Below are positions 1-13,919 of a stretch of 64,000 bases of DNA, one piece after another. This DNA comes from Lama guanicoe (Eukaryota), in contig MU054049.1 in assembly GCA_013239625.1 (NCBI GenBank), positions 1,553,892-1,617,891 on the forward strand. Direction: 5' to 3'. Numbering within the stretch: the first letter of the stretch is position 1; each line of letters begins with the position of its first letter. The position numbers and the translations under genes are program-made. The notes below the pieces were generated by a model. That model had not been told where the DNA came from, did not search any database, and saw only the letters and a list, made by a program, of their open reading frames with translations.

Positions 1-753
1 GCTCCCCCGGCCCTGTCCTACTCAGGATCCTTCTGTGACGGGAATCAGGAAACTGTCTGTTGGGCTTTGCCAAGTTTTCACCTGGGCCCTTCTCACCCAG
101 CTTCCACCTGCTGGTCCACACTCCACGCCGAAGCTCCACACCACCATCACTCTGGCCCAGATACACTCACAAAGGAGTCCTGCCTTCTCCCAGGTGATTA
201 CTCTTCAGGCTGAAGTGTGCATCTGAGAGGAAGCTCTTCCTCACAGGACTCAACTCGGCTCCAGGCCTCTCATGACAAGGCGCCTGAAGAACATGAACCG
301 GGAGTGGCCCTGCGCACAGTGGGAAGCGGGGGGCCTCCCTGCAGGGGCTGGGGAGAAGGTGGCACTATCCCTACGCTACCAGGGAAGTCTCCCTGCCGAA
401 CCCCCCGGTCCCTGGGCAGTGAGATGGAGCCAGAAGCAGGTGTCCTGGCCAACCTCTAAGTGGTGTCGGAGCCAAAGCCCCCAGCCCCACCCTGATCACA
501 CCGCGTGGGGGGGTGTAAGCCGCAGTGCGTGCGAACTTCACCTCGGTCACCTCTTAACACTTCTGTGAAAGAAGATGGCACACGGCAGTAGGCAGGAACA
601 TTTCTCTCAAATAACAATTAACAAAGTTTACACACTGGTTTAGTAAGACAGAAAAACAATCAGGTTCAAACACGTTTTTTAAAAACACACACTAAGCCAT
701 CTAAGCTTATTTTAATGAAAAAGAAAAAAAATACAAAAAACAAAACAAAATAA

Positions 754-772
754 ACACACACACACACACACA
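754..772. repeat. (CA)n microsatellite
   Basis: Read directly from the sequence. Confidence 0.9.
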
Positions 773-829
773 TATCGTGTAAATTATAGCAACTACTGCT
801 CTAAGATGGAAAGACATCTTAGAGGACTA

Positions 830-1135
<306 letters not shown>

Positions 1136-1315
1136 CTAAGGCTTACTGAGGAGATAAACAGGCAGGTGGCAGAGCCAGACCGGGCTGGCTCTACCTGAAA
1201 CACAAGGTGCGCCTGTCCCCACCCACATTCTCTCTTTATCCAGGTCTAGCGTGGGCGCTGTGGACAAACTGGGAAGACCCTTCCTGTCTATGCCACTTTA
1301 GGGTGTCCCCCTCTA

Positions 1316-1561
<246 letters not shown>

Positions 1562-1949
1562 CTAGAGGTAAGATGCACGACACTCAGTATGTACATCTGA
1601 CACCAGTCACAGCTCCTCCCCGCTGCCCTGCCACACTCTACACATGGACACCGGGTCCCAGTATGAGCAAAGGGCTATGCCCTAGAGACCTCTGGTCAGT
1701 CAAGATCCCACCTCACAGCTCCCACTTTTAATATCCATCATATTAGCAATATTTAAAAGCTGGGTTTTCAAAAAGGAATTCACGTTCTTTGTTTAAGCAC
1801 ACCCCCACCCCCAATAATCCAGAAATGCACCGAGTTAAAAGCACCCACTGCCCAATCCCAGATGTAGGCGCTGTGGGCGCAGCCCTCTCCTCCCTCGCCG
1901 TCCGCACCTGGGGGCGCTATGGGACTTTACCGCTACATTCACTTGTTAC

Positions 1950-2060
1950 CTCGTTGTATCGTGCAATCAGTGGCTGCCTTGAAGCTATCGCAGTGGTACC
2001 ATCCATCTTGAGGTAGGAATACTTTCGGGCTCTAAGGAATACTTCAAGTATGTCCAGCAT
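1950..2060 (-). CDS. ERCC6: ERCC6 exon 14 (111 nt; [37 protein letters not shown])
   Basis: Within ORF 1917..2108. Acceptor AAACAG, donor GAG|GTAACA. Confidence 0.96.
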
Positions 2061-2473
2061 CTGTTTGGCAGATGGGGTGGGGGATAAGAGCTTCAAAATC
2101 AAATGCACACCTGCAGTGAGTTCTCCACCTGTGTGTGAATGCTCACACCCTCCCCAACAGGCTGGAATTAAAAGGGGTTTCTTGGTTCAAGGCAGATAAA
2201 TATAACCACTACAAAAGAATTTTTGTTATTTCCATACTGTTCACTCCTGCAAGTTTTGTAAACAGCAGGGCATTTATCTGAGTTCGGACCCAAACTCATC
2301 AGCGCCCCAGAATCACATGGTAAATAAGCCTTTCTAAAAAAGCCAACTTCTGGGCACAAATTCTAGAGAAAGATCCAATCTCCTGAAGAGATGTGCAGGC
2401 TGCCACCTCAGTACCAGTGGGTGGATTTGCCTTTGGAATCGTTATTTTAGGTTAAATCGCATTTTTTGAATTA

Positions 2474-2743
<270 letters not shown>

Positions 2744-3559
2744 CTACGGTATAAAAGAATTACGTGCACTCAGATTACTCCATGTAAAATAATATTCACT
2801 CGGGAAGGAAAGGAAGAAGGCTGTTTGAAATGCAACACAGATTAAAAAGTAATTCTTCATCAGCTTCTTAGTTTCCTCCCAAATCACAGCATGTTAGGAG
2901 CCGGAAGAAACCAACCTTACACATCCTCTTTTTTCCTGATAGGGTAAATTTTCTAAGACAAAAAAAAACCCCGTCGGAACAAACATGTCTACCACGGTCA
3001 TATTCAATGGCTAACGACTTATTTTCCCTCTAAGAAAAAAGGTACGCAGTTCACAGTATATAAAAAACTGACTCATCTCTTGAATATAAATAAGAAATGC
3101 CATGCCCGTCTAATACTTGGAGAAATCTGTCATTAACTTAGCGAATGCATTTAAATACTGCACTCCTAAGGACCTCAGTGAAAGTTCCATAGCTTAATAT
3201 ATGAGTCAGAGGTTGAAGCTCCATTTACCTTTACATTAGTGTATCAGGAAACATACACGGATGGGAAAATGCACAGGAAATACACGGATGGGAAGGATAC
3301 ACAGGATGGTTCACGCAGCAGGAGAGGAGACCCAGACTGACAGCCCGCCCACCCGTCCCAGCAAGAGGGCATCTTTCACAGCTTTCTGCATGTGACTCAG
3401 ATCACACTCACCAGTATACAAGCTCAAACGGGAAAAAGGTAAATCATAAAGCAAGCCAAAAATCAGAGTACGGTAGTTTTAAACTAGTGAACAGTTAAAT
3501 GAGCAATGAAAGATCTGAACAAAGCAGGCACAGTGCCAGCGCTCGCCTGCCCTCTCCAG

Positions 3560-3875
3560 ACCTGTGCTGCCCAGGACAGCAGGCGCCGGTCACACGTGGC
3601 TGCCGAGACAGGAAGCGTGGCTAGTTCCAAATGAGAGGTGCTCCCAATGTAAAATGCCCAATTTTGAAGACAGTATAAAAAAGAATAAAACATCTCTGTA
3701 ATTTTAAAATTTTAATTATATATTAAAATGATATTTTAGACATATCAGGTTAAATAAAATTATTACCAAAATTGAGTTCACCTGTTTTTCTTTTTTCTTT
3801 TCTTTTCTTTTTATCTTTTCTACTGTGATGACTAGAACATTCACAATTACACGTGTGGCCTGTGATAGGCCACCT
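3560..3875 (+). mobile_element. MER33 (hAT-Charlie)
   Basis: CACGTGGCT...GTGGCTAGTTCCAAATGAGAGGTGCT...GGTTAAATAAAAT...TTCACCTGTTT...AATTACACGTGTGGC. Confidence 0.75.
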
Positions 3876-4717
3876 GAGGCTTCACAACTTGGAGGCACAT
3901 GAAGATAAGTTAAGGGGAGATACAGGAGAGAGGAATAAACGTGAATGACTTAAAAGCCTCCTACAGATGCCATGCTAGATGAAATAAATTGTGAGAGATG
4001 GTTAAAAGAACAGAAATGACGTAATCTGGAAGAAAAAGCAGGTGATGCTGCAGAACACAGGCAGCCTCGCCACCCACATTCATCTCCCTCTGCCTCCACG
4101 TAAAAAAGCAGCAGAGTGTATTTCAGAGCATCCCTGCTACTCAGCTACACTCCCGACAAGGACGGACCAAGGACTAAGGGAGCCTCGCATGTCACATAAA
4201 GTACAGTTCACACTTAAAGGTACTGAAGCACAAAGAAGCTCAAGTGTTTACATGAACTTACTGCACGTGCTTAATGAACAGACATTTACCCACAGCTATG
4301 GCTGAGTATAGCCCGTAACTAAAATGTTACTACTTATTAAACAGAAACACGTAATAAATAATTCTTCCTCTGTGCACCTGCTAACCCCAGCAGTCGGGGG
4401 CTGCCCCCTACACTCTGGACAGGATCAGCAGTCCCTGTCGGACTCCCCACGCCGATCCCGCTGTCCGGTGCTAAACCACACGGTGCTGGGCTCAAGCCTG
4501 ACACTGCTGCGGTACAGATAAAAAGGGAGCGTGCTCAAATGAAACTGTCGGTCCTCGCACTCCTGGAAGGGCTTCAAATAGAGGGAAGGTTCACACCCAG
4601 GTGTTTTCAAGAGGGCAATAACAGCGAATCCATGACTAGGGCTCGTTTCCTCCCCTACCCACCCCTCACTTCCCTTGGACCACAAGTCATTTCTCCAGCT
4701 TCCATTCTTCAGCTGAC

Positions 4718-4813
4718 CTGCAACTCTCCATTGAGAATTCTGTAAACTTCTTTGGAATCGATGAAACTTTGGTAGACTTTATGTTGCTCATCTGTGAGTC
4801 GGCAAAATAAGAC
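4718..4813 (-). CDS. ERCC6: ERCC6 exon 12 (96 nt; [32 protein letters not shown])
   Basis: Hand translation. Acceptor CCCCTAG, donor CAG|GTCAGC. Confidence 0.96.
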
Positions 4814-7479
4814 CTAGGGGGAGAATAAAAACAGAATTGAAAAGAAAAATTTAACAGAACAAAATAATTAAAATATCAACAGAATTTCTAATCAAAAAAG
4901 CACAGTGTACACAATTTTAACAATGTAACTCTTATTAAAAACAGAAAAAAAAAACAAACAAAAAAACCAGTACCACATCTCAGAGTTGCACAAAGAACAG
5001 TTCGCCCCTCTCCACGGCCCCCTCCATTTCTGTCATCCATCCACCGTTTGGTCCCCATGCTACTTGGTCCCCACCCCTCTATTCCACCCGTCCCCAAAGA
5101 CTGGCTTTCTGCTCACAGGGAACTTTGAGACCAGGTGCACAGTGTTTCCTCCATCCTAGCCTTCAAGTGCCCAGACCACCTCAGCTCCCAAGCCCCTCAC
5201 CTCAACTTGACTTCAGCACACCTGACCAGGGACCTTAACCTTAACCTTGCCTGGCTCGCCCTCTTTCCTGGAGTTCTAAGCCAAACACAAGTTTACCAGA
5301 CTTGTCTCTGACAACAACCCCGATCCTGCCAGCCCAACTGTGCCCACCACCCCATGCCATCACCCTCCCTGACTTCAGCCTCTCAGCCCACCTCTTCATT
5401 CCAAGACCACTGCCACCACCTCACGGCCTGACTGCGCCCTGGCTAGTCATAAATCCATGGGATTTTCCTTCAGCTACCCCTCCGCCACCCACTGATCTGC
5501 CCTGTAACTTCCAAACGAAGAACAACTCGACTGCCTGCCTTCCCTCCTCCTTTCTGTAAGTGCTGGGCACTGCCGGAGCCCATCCCACCTGGGCAGCGTG
5601 CTCCACAGCCAGCCCCTGGTCGCCGGGGGAGTCCTAGGCAAGACCCTGCTCAGCCCGTCCTCACATCCCGATGGCTCTGACGAGCTCCTCTCTCCCCAAG
5701 CCACCCACCCACCACCCACATGTGCCTCAGCTTCCACTTAACATCATCACACAGAAGCAAACCAACAGAAACGGAACCTGAAGCCATTCAGTCAGGTCCC
5801 CAGTCGTCACTCCCGAAAAGGTAGCTACTTCCTCATCTGCTTCACCTTGTGGTTTTGCCTTCATCTCAGGCGAAGAGGCCCCTGCGTGGGATCCAGGACA
5901 GCCCTCCCATCTTTGTACCAGATCTGAAACCCACCCACATCCCTCAGGGCAGTGCTCCACGCCTTACACTCCCGGAGGCTGAGGGGAAAACTCCCTGAAA
6001 GGATGTGTATGAGCGCCACCTCCACTTTCTCCCCTCCCAGCCACTCCTGATCCGGCACAAGCCCGGAGGGCGCTTCCTCGGACACCAGTGACCCCGCCGT
6101 GGACGGCTTCACCAACGCCCTCCTAGCCGCCAGACACACGCGCTCCCACGGCCTCACCATTCCACCTCCCCTAACCCACCTCCTGCCGCCCTGCCTCAGC
6201 TTCCTGTCTTCCCAGCCAGCTCCGCCTCTTCTCCCCTCTCCCTCAGTGTGCAGTTCCCCTGGGCTGCGTGTCTCTTCTCATTCTACACAGACTCCTTCAG
6301 CCAGCCCATCCCTACGCCTGACTTTAACATCTTCCTGGCTCCAAGGTCACGGCTATGCGGCAGCCTAGAACTCTCCCCAGGGCTCTGGGCCCACGGGTAA
6401 CTGCCTTTCGGGTGAGCAGGCGCTCCACGGGCACGTCCAGTACATCCAGCCTGAGCTCACCAGCTGTCTCCTCTGCATCCTCGTCCTCACGAAGCCTCTG
6501 TGCAGCAGAGCCATCCGGCAACTAAGCCGGAAACCTGGGCGTCCCGGGCCCGTCAGCCCCCTCCCACCAGCCCCACCAGCTCCTCTCCCCTCCCGAGGAC
6601 TCCGTCGGACTGGCCGACTCAGCCCTTGGCCTCCAGTTTTTCTCCCCTCCGATGCTTTCATACACTGCCTGGATAATCTTTCTAATCTATGAACCTGAGT
6701 GTTTATAGTCTTAATTTCTTATATTCACATTTCAATCCTTTATATACAACGGCAAGAGAAAAATCCTTCCTTTCAATCACAAAGTTAACTGAATAAACGA
6801 ATCAATTCACCAAACTGTTCGTCTGTTGTCTGCATATCACTTTCTCCAGGTTACACGGCATTTTCAGATGGGTAAGACAGAGCCCCAACCTCAGGGAGTC
6901 CCCGTGTAGCAGGGACTCCCGTGCAGAGCCCTGTGGGATCTTAGCATCTCTCTATGTGTTTGCTGGGGGAGAGAAATCCCAGCTGTGGGGGGGACATTAC
7001 ATGCAAATACAAAGGCAAGTGGCAAGTGTTTAGAAAACAGAAAGAGATTTGTCTTGGCTACTTCGTGGAACACAAGGAGACATTCTGGGATTCCACAATG
7101 AAAATAAATTGGTACAAATCAGCTAAATCAGTATTCCTGGAGGGGACAGGGACACGGAAGGTATGTTGGTAGGTGGATGAGGAGCCTTGGAAAAACTAAT
7201 CCAGTCCACAGCAACTGGCTGATGTGGAAGTGAGACAGCTCAGGGCACTGTGGCCTGAGTACCTGGCAGGAAACGGAGCTCGGTAAGGGGATGCTAAGGT
7301 CAAGGGCTGAATGTGGAGATGAGTTCTGGGAGAGGGAAGAGGCAGGGATGAAAGCAGCCTTGATGACAGAGCTCCAAGATCTTTTATCATTTCAACAAAG
7401 TCTATGATGCACTTTCTTTTAGATGCTGAACAGAAGGTGTAGTCGTCTACCAAGATGACAGGACACTAGGACGGAATTT

Positions 7480-8030
7480 AAAAGGATGATCCTTTTAAAA
7501 CCTGAGTCAGGTGACATCACTGCTTTGTTTGGTAGCTCCCCATGGACTGCCTCCCCCATCAAGAGTAAAACCCAGAGTCCCCACCATGACCAGCAGGCCC
7601 CTGTGATCTGGCCTCTGGCCGGCAACCTGGCTTCTCCCCCTAACCACCCTCCTCGGGGCTCCTGCCCTCCAGCCACACTGGCCTCCCTGCTGGGCCCTGA
7701 GTGTACCAGTGCCCTGCCACATTCCGACCACATGGAATGCTCTTCTGCCAAACTTCCGTGACTCGCTCCTTCACCTTCTTCAGGCCTCTGCTCAAAGGTC
7801 AGGTTATCAGTCTTCTCTGACCACCCCTTCGGAAAAGCCTGCCTCCCCAAATCCTGGCCCTTGGCACCGCCCTAAACCCCCTGCTTGTTTTTAATCCACA
7901 TTTATCACCACTTGCCACCTGATATTTCTGTATGACTCTGTCCCCTCAAGAATGAACGTGAGCTCCCTGGCCACAAACGGGTGCGTGCTCACTGCTATCT
8001 CCCAGGTATGGGGTTGGTGCCTAATACAAG
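7480..8030 (+). mobile_element. L2 (LINE2) 3' region
   Basis: C/T-rich, with GCCCCTGTGATCTGGCC...CCAGCCACACTGGCCTCC...GGAATGCTCTTC...CTCTGCTCAAAGGTCA. Similar L2 remnants at ~5000-6700, 11700-12420, 24720-25680 and 38900-39165. Confidence 0.7.
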
Positions 8031-8115
8031 CTGTAGCATGAACTGGGGACTTGCAGGCACACACAGATGTAGACCAGCCCGCCCCACAGCACCAGCAACC
8101 ACATCCTTGGCCTCA

Positions 8116-8397
<282 letters not shown>

Positions 8398-10719
8398 TTA
8401 AATTTTTTTTTAAAAGAATGACCAGTGGTTGTACAGAATTGTTGGACATGGTTGGAAAATGGTTGGGAAAAATTAGCATTAAGTTCTAGGTACTCCCAGG
8501 AGATGGTAGCTTTTATAATAATATCATCAGTAAAAATAAAAACTTCCTATAAACCAAAGTGTACAAAAGAACAACCGGTAATTCTGTGCCCTGTTCCACC
8601 TCTATTTAATTACTATTATTTAGTTAAACTCGAAAGCAGAGAGTTGTTCGGTTCTCGACCACCCTTTAGGGAAAAAACTGCTTTCAAACAAATCTCAGCT
8701 TATAATCTTGTACTCTGCAAAGCTAAAAGGAACTGCTACTCCACAAGACTGGAGATCAAACGCTAACCCGGGGGAAACGCCGTCGCAATGGGAACACCAG
8801 ATAATAAGCAGAGATTACTGCCCACTGGAGACTCGGAGAGCGAGCTCAAGAAAGCCCTATGATCCCAGAAACGAAAGGTCACTCCAGCCTAAGATGGAGC
8901 ATATGGGTCCGTAATGGTACACAGCCGTACGAGATGGGTATTAACTGTACGCAGGAAAACAGAGACCCACAGCGCAGGGAACCACTCCCTCTGCAAGTCA
9001 CTTAAAGGCAAACAAAGAATTCACTAAATTATTGATACTTTAAAAAAAAAATCTAAACAGGCTTAACAACCTAGTAAATTACTACTTAATGGAATAAGAA
9101 AATTTCCAAGCAATGCTTAAATTTGAGCAAGTTAGCTGCAAAGTGAATAAGAAAAAGAGATCAACCATACAGAAATTCATGCCAATGAGATTAACGTGGT
9201 AAAAAAAATAAAACATTTTAAAAGATCCTAAGAACACCTCAGTCAAGTCAATATACATGTATGTGCATGCATGTGTGTAAACCTTGTATGCATAAATATT
9301 AAAACAGTTTTACTTGGACCAGCAGGAAAACAGCAAAGAAGCTCCACTAATCAACAACTTGTAGTTAACAAGAACCCTGTAAACGTATCATTCAGACCTT
9401 GATAAAAATTACCTTTACGATGATCAGGTATATTTTATGGTTTGCAATGCAGAGGTGATTAAATTTCAGAATTAAACAAGACACTGCAGTCCTACCAAGG
9501 GAGCAAGTACATTGTTTAAAATCTTCCTAAAAATACATACCGTGTGTTAAGGAAACACTGCTCGCATGCTGAAGTCTACCCCCAGTTCTCTCCTCCAGAA
9601 GAATGAGGGAGCTGTGGTGGCGCTGGAAAACCAGGGCTGGGCTGCTCAGTGGCCTGGCAGCCCACTCCCGCTCTCTCCTGCCTGCCCACCCTTCTGGAGA
9701 GTTCTTCCTCCTCCCCTGCTCCTGGCCCATTTGCAGTGAACTCACCAGGGTCAGAGCTCAGGCTGGGGATGGGTCTGTTTTTCACACCCAGCTCTCCCCA
9801 GAGGAAGATCTAAAGCTCTAGACTGGGGTGGGGACGTGAGAACAGGGAAGACCAAGAGACCCTATTTCAGCCTTGACATCAGGCCACATTCTCCAGCCCA
9901 GCTTTCCTGGGACTCCTGTGCTTTAGGCAATAGAGATGATTCTGTGGTCAATTCTCGACTGCCTCTTGTGTCAGTGTCTCTGTGAGTAAAAGCAGGTGGT
10001 GGGGCTCCAGCTGTGTTTCTCCATCACTCCCACCTCCCCAGTGCCACGGAAAGTGGACATCATGCTGAGCACGCCCCCGCTTCCTTCCTGCTCCTGACAA
10101 AGCAGAGTGGTAACTACTCCCCAGTCCTGCCTCTTCCAGAGCTGAGCGACCTTAGGCAAGTCGCCAAAATGCTGAGTCTCAATGCCCTTGAGCATGAAAC
10201 GAGAAGGTTCAACCAGATGTCTGCTCGGGTTCTTTTCAGGTCTAAACTCCCCTGCACGAGCTTAACACACAAATCCAAGAAGCAGTCCATGTTTTTGGCA
10301 GTTAATGTTCCTCCCCCTTTTAGGTCCTAATCCTCCCTTGCCCAGGAAGCCTGTCTGGCCTCCCACAAGCTCTGACACTGGCATCATCCCTCATCACAGT
10401 CCTTACTACCCTGCACTGTGATCATGTTTCCTTACCACCTCCCCTTCGCACGCTCTTCCCTGGGCTGGGAATACTGTTCAAGGGCAGGTTCTGACTGTCA
10501 GCCATCTCCCATCATTTCAGCCCCAGCCTGACACAATAAATATCTGCTGACAGGCTACCTTCTAGAGACTCAGTCATTTTTGGTGACTATAGATGTCAAC
10601 AAAAAGGAGCAAATAAAAACCACACCTCTGACCCAAGGACTTTACAATCTAAAAAGGAAAAAAGATGAAGTGCACAAGCTTCTAAAACAGCAACTTTGGG
10701 GAAGAAACAGACCATATTT

Positions 10720-11479
10720 ACATGGTCTCGAAGTATCTCCCCATCGATGACTTACTCATTATAAAGGAGAAGCAACTTCAAAGAGTTTAGAAATCTGGCA
10801 AACACCACCTTACCCAAAGAGTCAGATCACCACAATGAAGGGCTAGACCGACAGAGTGGTGCCTCCAGAGACAAGGCACGAGAAAGACGTCACTTCTGGG
10901 ACAGACGTCAAAGACACGTAGTCGGAATCGAACCATGAAGAATAGAAGACAAACCCAAGGCGAGGCACATTCTACAAAATAACAGGCCTGCAGTCTTCAC
11001 AAGTGTCAAGGTCATGAAGGCAAAAGGAAGATTAGAGGGATGGCTTCAGATGAAAGGAGACTAAAGAGACACGGAAATGACTGGAACAACTTGCCCAACG
11101 TGAACGACACACACAGCGGATAACAGAATCACATCAAGGTTACATTTCCCCCGATTCTGATGTTTATTCTATGGTTATGTAAGACAATGTCCCTATTCTG
11201 AGAAAATACACACTGAAGGACTTGGAGGAAAGGGACAATGGGTCTGCAACTTGCTCTTAGATGATTCCGAAAAATAAAAAAGTATAAATTTGTGTAAATA
11301 AGAGACAGGTAGGGGAGAGGGAAGGAAGGAAAGATAAAGCAAATGTGGTAAAATGTTAGCAAAATGCTAACAATTAGTCAATGTGAGCGAAGAGTACACA
11401 GGAGTTCTTCTTACAATTCTTGCAACTTTCCATTAAATCTCCAAAATAAAATTACTCCAAAATAAAAAGTTAAAAAAAA
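10720..11479 (+). mobile_element. Old L1 (L1MC-type) 3' region
   Basis: GACAAACCCAAGGCGAGGCACATTCTACAAAATAAC...GTGTCAAGGTCATGAA...AAATACACACTGAAG...TTCTTGCAACTTT, ending in an A-rich tail. Confidence 0.75.
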
Positions 11480-12665
11480 CCCCACAGGATAAATGAAAGG
11501 CAATAGGGATTCAGTCAAGAAAGAGAGCTCTTATAAAATTTAATTAAAAATCAAAAATCATTCAATCTCAAAATTGAAAAGGTATAAAATGTTTTTTGAC
11601 AGTCCTCTCATTTTAAAGGCCTAAAATTATTTTTCCAGTTAAATACTTCAAAATATGTGAATGTCTCTTTTGGTGGCAGGCTTTATTTCTGGCTCAGTCT
11701 TAACCTGGCAGGTGCAGGCCCCCCCACCTGAGGGCTGTGCAGAGACCCTGCCTCTCCTGGAGGCTGGAACCTGCCCCCAAATGCCTCAAACTGCCCTCTA
11801 ACCAGCTTCTCCTCCTGACACTCCCATCTGTGACAACCCCATTCCACCAGTAACCCAGGCCTGAAACCTCAGGGGTCAGCTGCAGGAAGCTCACCCACCT
11901 CCCCACATCCCACTTCCTTTATCTTCTCAATTTCCACATCTTGTTTGCTCCGCATGAAAAAATGCCACTTTGGGCTTTTGCTCTCCACCTTCTTTCTCGG
12001 GACCACTGCTTGCATCCAGGTCCAGACCCTCATCACCTTCACCCCCAACAACTCCCACAGGCCCCTCGATGCCAACCTCCCTCCCATAACTACCAGCAGC
12101 CTGAGTAGCCCTCGGAGAACCGCCCGCTCCCAGCCTCCTGCTTAGGCACTTTCAGTGGCTCTTCCCTGCCTAAGACCTTCAGCCTCCCTGTCAAGGCCCC
12201 CCACTGCCGGCATCCACAGCTCTCCTGCGACTCCCCCACAAGCATCTCCGGTCCAATCAAGCGTGTCTCTTCAATGCCCACAGCCACATAACGTGGCCGC
12301 GTTCTTACTGTTGCTCTAACCTAGAATGCTCTGCTCTTCCCGACCTGTTTTCCCAGAATCAGATTAAAAGACACGTGTCTCGTTAAGTCTTCCCCTGCCT
12401 TCCCCTTTTCAAAGCATTTACGCTACTTTATATGATGCACTACCCCAGTTTGCACTATTACATGCTGTCCAGAACCGATCCACTTTTGTTTCATAATTCC
12501 TGACTGCTTTTTGAATATTGTACATTATCTTTTTAAAACCCACATGGAAAATGATCAGCTTTCAAGCAAAAATAATTTTGTGATTTTTATCAGATACCAT
12601 TTCCCTTACATTCTGAATGACTTGGCCACAAAGTACAGTATTTAGCAGCAACGGTTTAAATATCA

Positions 12666-12917
<252 letters not shown>

Positions 12918-13358
12918 TTAACAGATGATCACCGACCCTACCCCAAAGCTCTCCCAGTCAATCTTATTATTGAACACAACTCCATATCTTGTTGGTCTCC
13001 TTCAAACACAGACATTTTATGCAACTTTAATTCTCCAATTACACAGAGATAAAAATATATATACAGGGAAGGATTTTTCTTATTGTTCAAGCTGAAGACC
13101 CTGGACTAGAGTTGGATTTGGTTACATTCTAACAATGGACCCCTACAAGAGACAGTGAGTAATGTGAACAATTTGAATTTTAGAAAAAACGATTAAAGGC
13201 AAGAATAAAACGTTTTCTGCATTAAGGCAAAATGTGTATTTCAAACTCCTTCTGCAAAAAGCACAAGGAAAGATTCAATAAGTGTGTTACTCAAAGCAGA
13301 GAGTTTATTCTCAATTAAATATTACCCATGTGGAAACCCCGCTTGTTGTAAGAGGTCA

Positions 13359-13532
<174 letters not shown>

Positions 13533-13919
13533 CTAAAACGATGACAAAATAGTAAAGCCAGTTGGAAATGAAAAGTTAAATGAGCATGACTCTTAAAATC
13601 AACCTTGCGATCGTGATGCAATCGAAAGCACTTTCATAAATGTACACAAACATAACACATACAACATAATTCTACCTGATCAGCACTGGAAGTTTATTTT
13701 ATGTTTCATTAATCTGTAAGTAGTGAACACTGACTAACAAATCCACTACTGCGGGGGAGGAGGGCTCAAAAGAGGACCAGTGAAAGGCATAACATGTGAA
13801 CACTTGCCCAATTTTTATTTTTTCCAAAACATGCTGTACGTCAAACAACAACGTAGATGGAAAGTGATTTATTATTTCAAAACAAAAGCAAGAAAGGAGA
13901 CACAACAAATCCAGTAGCT

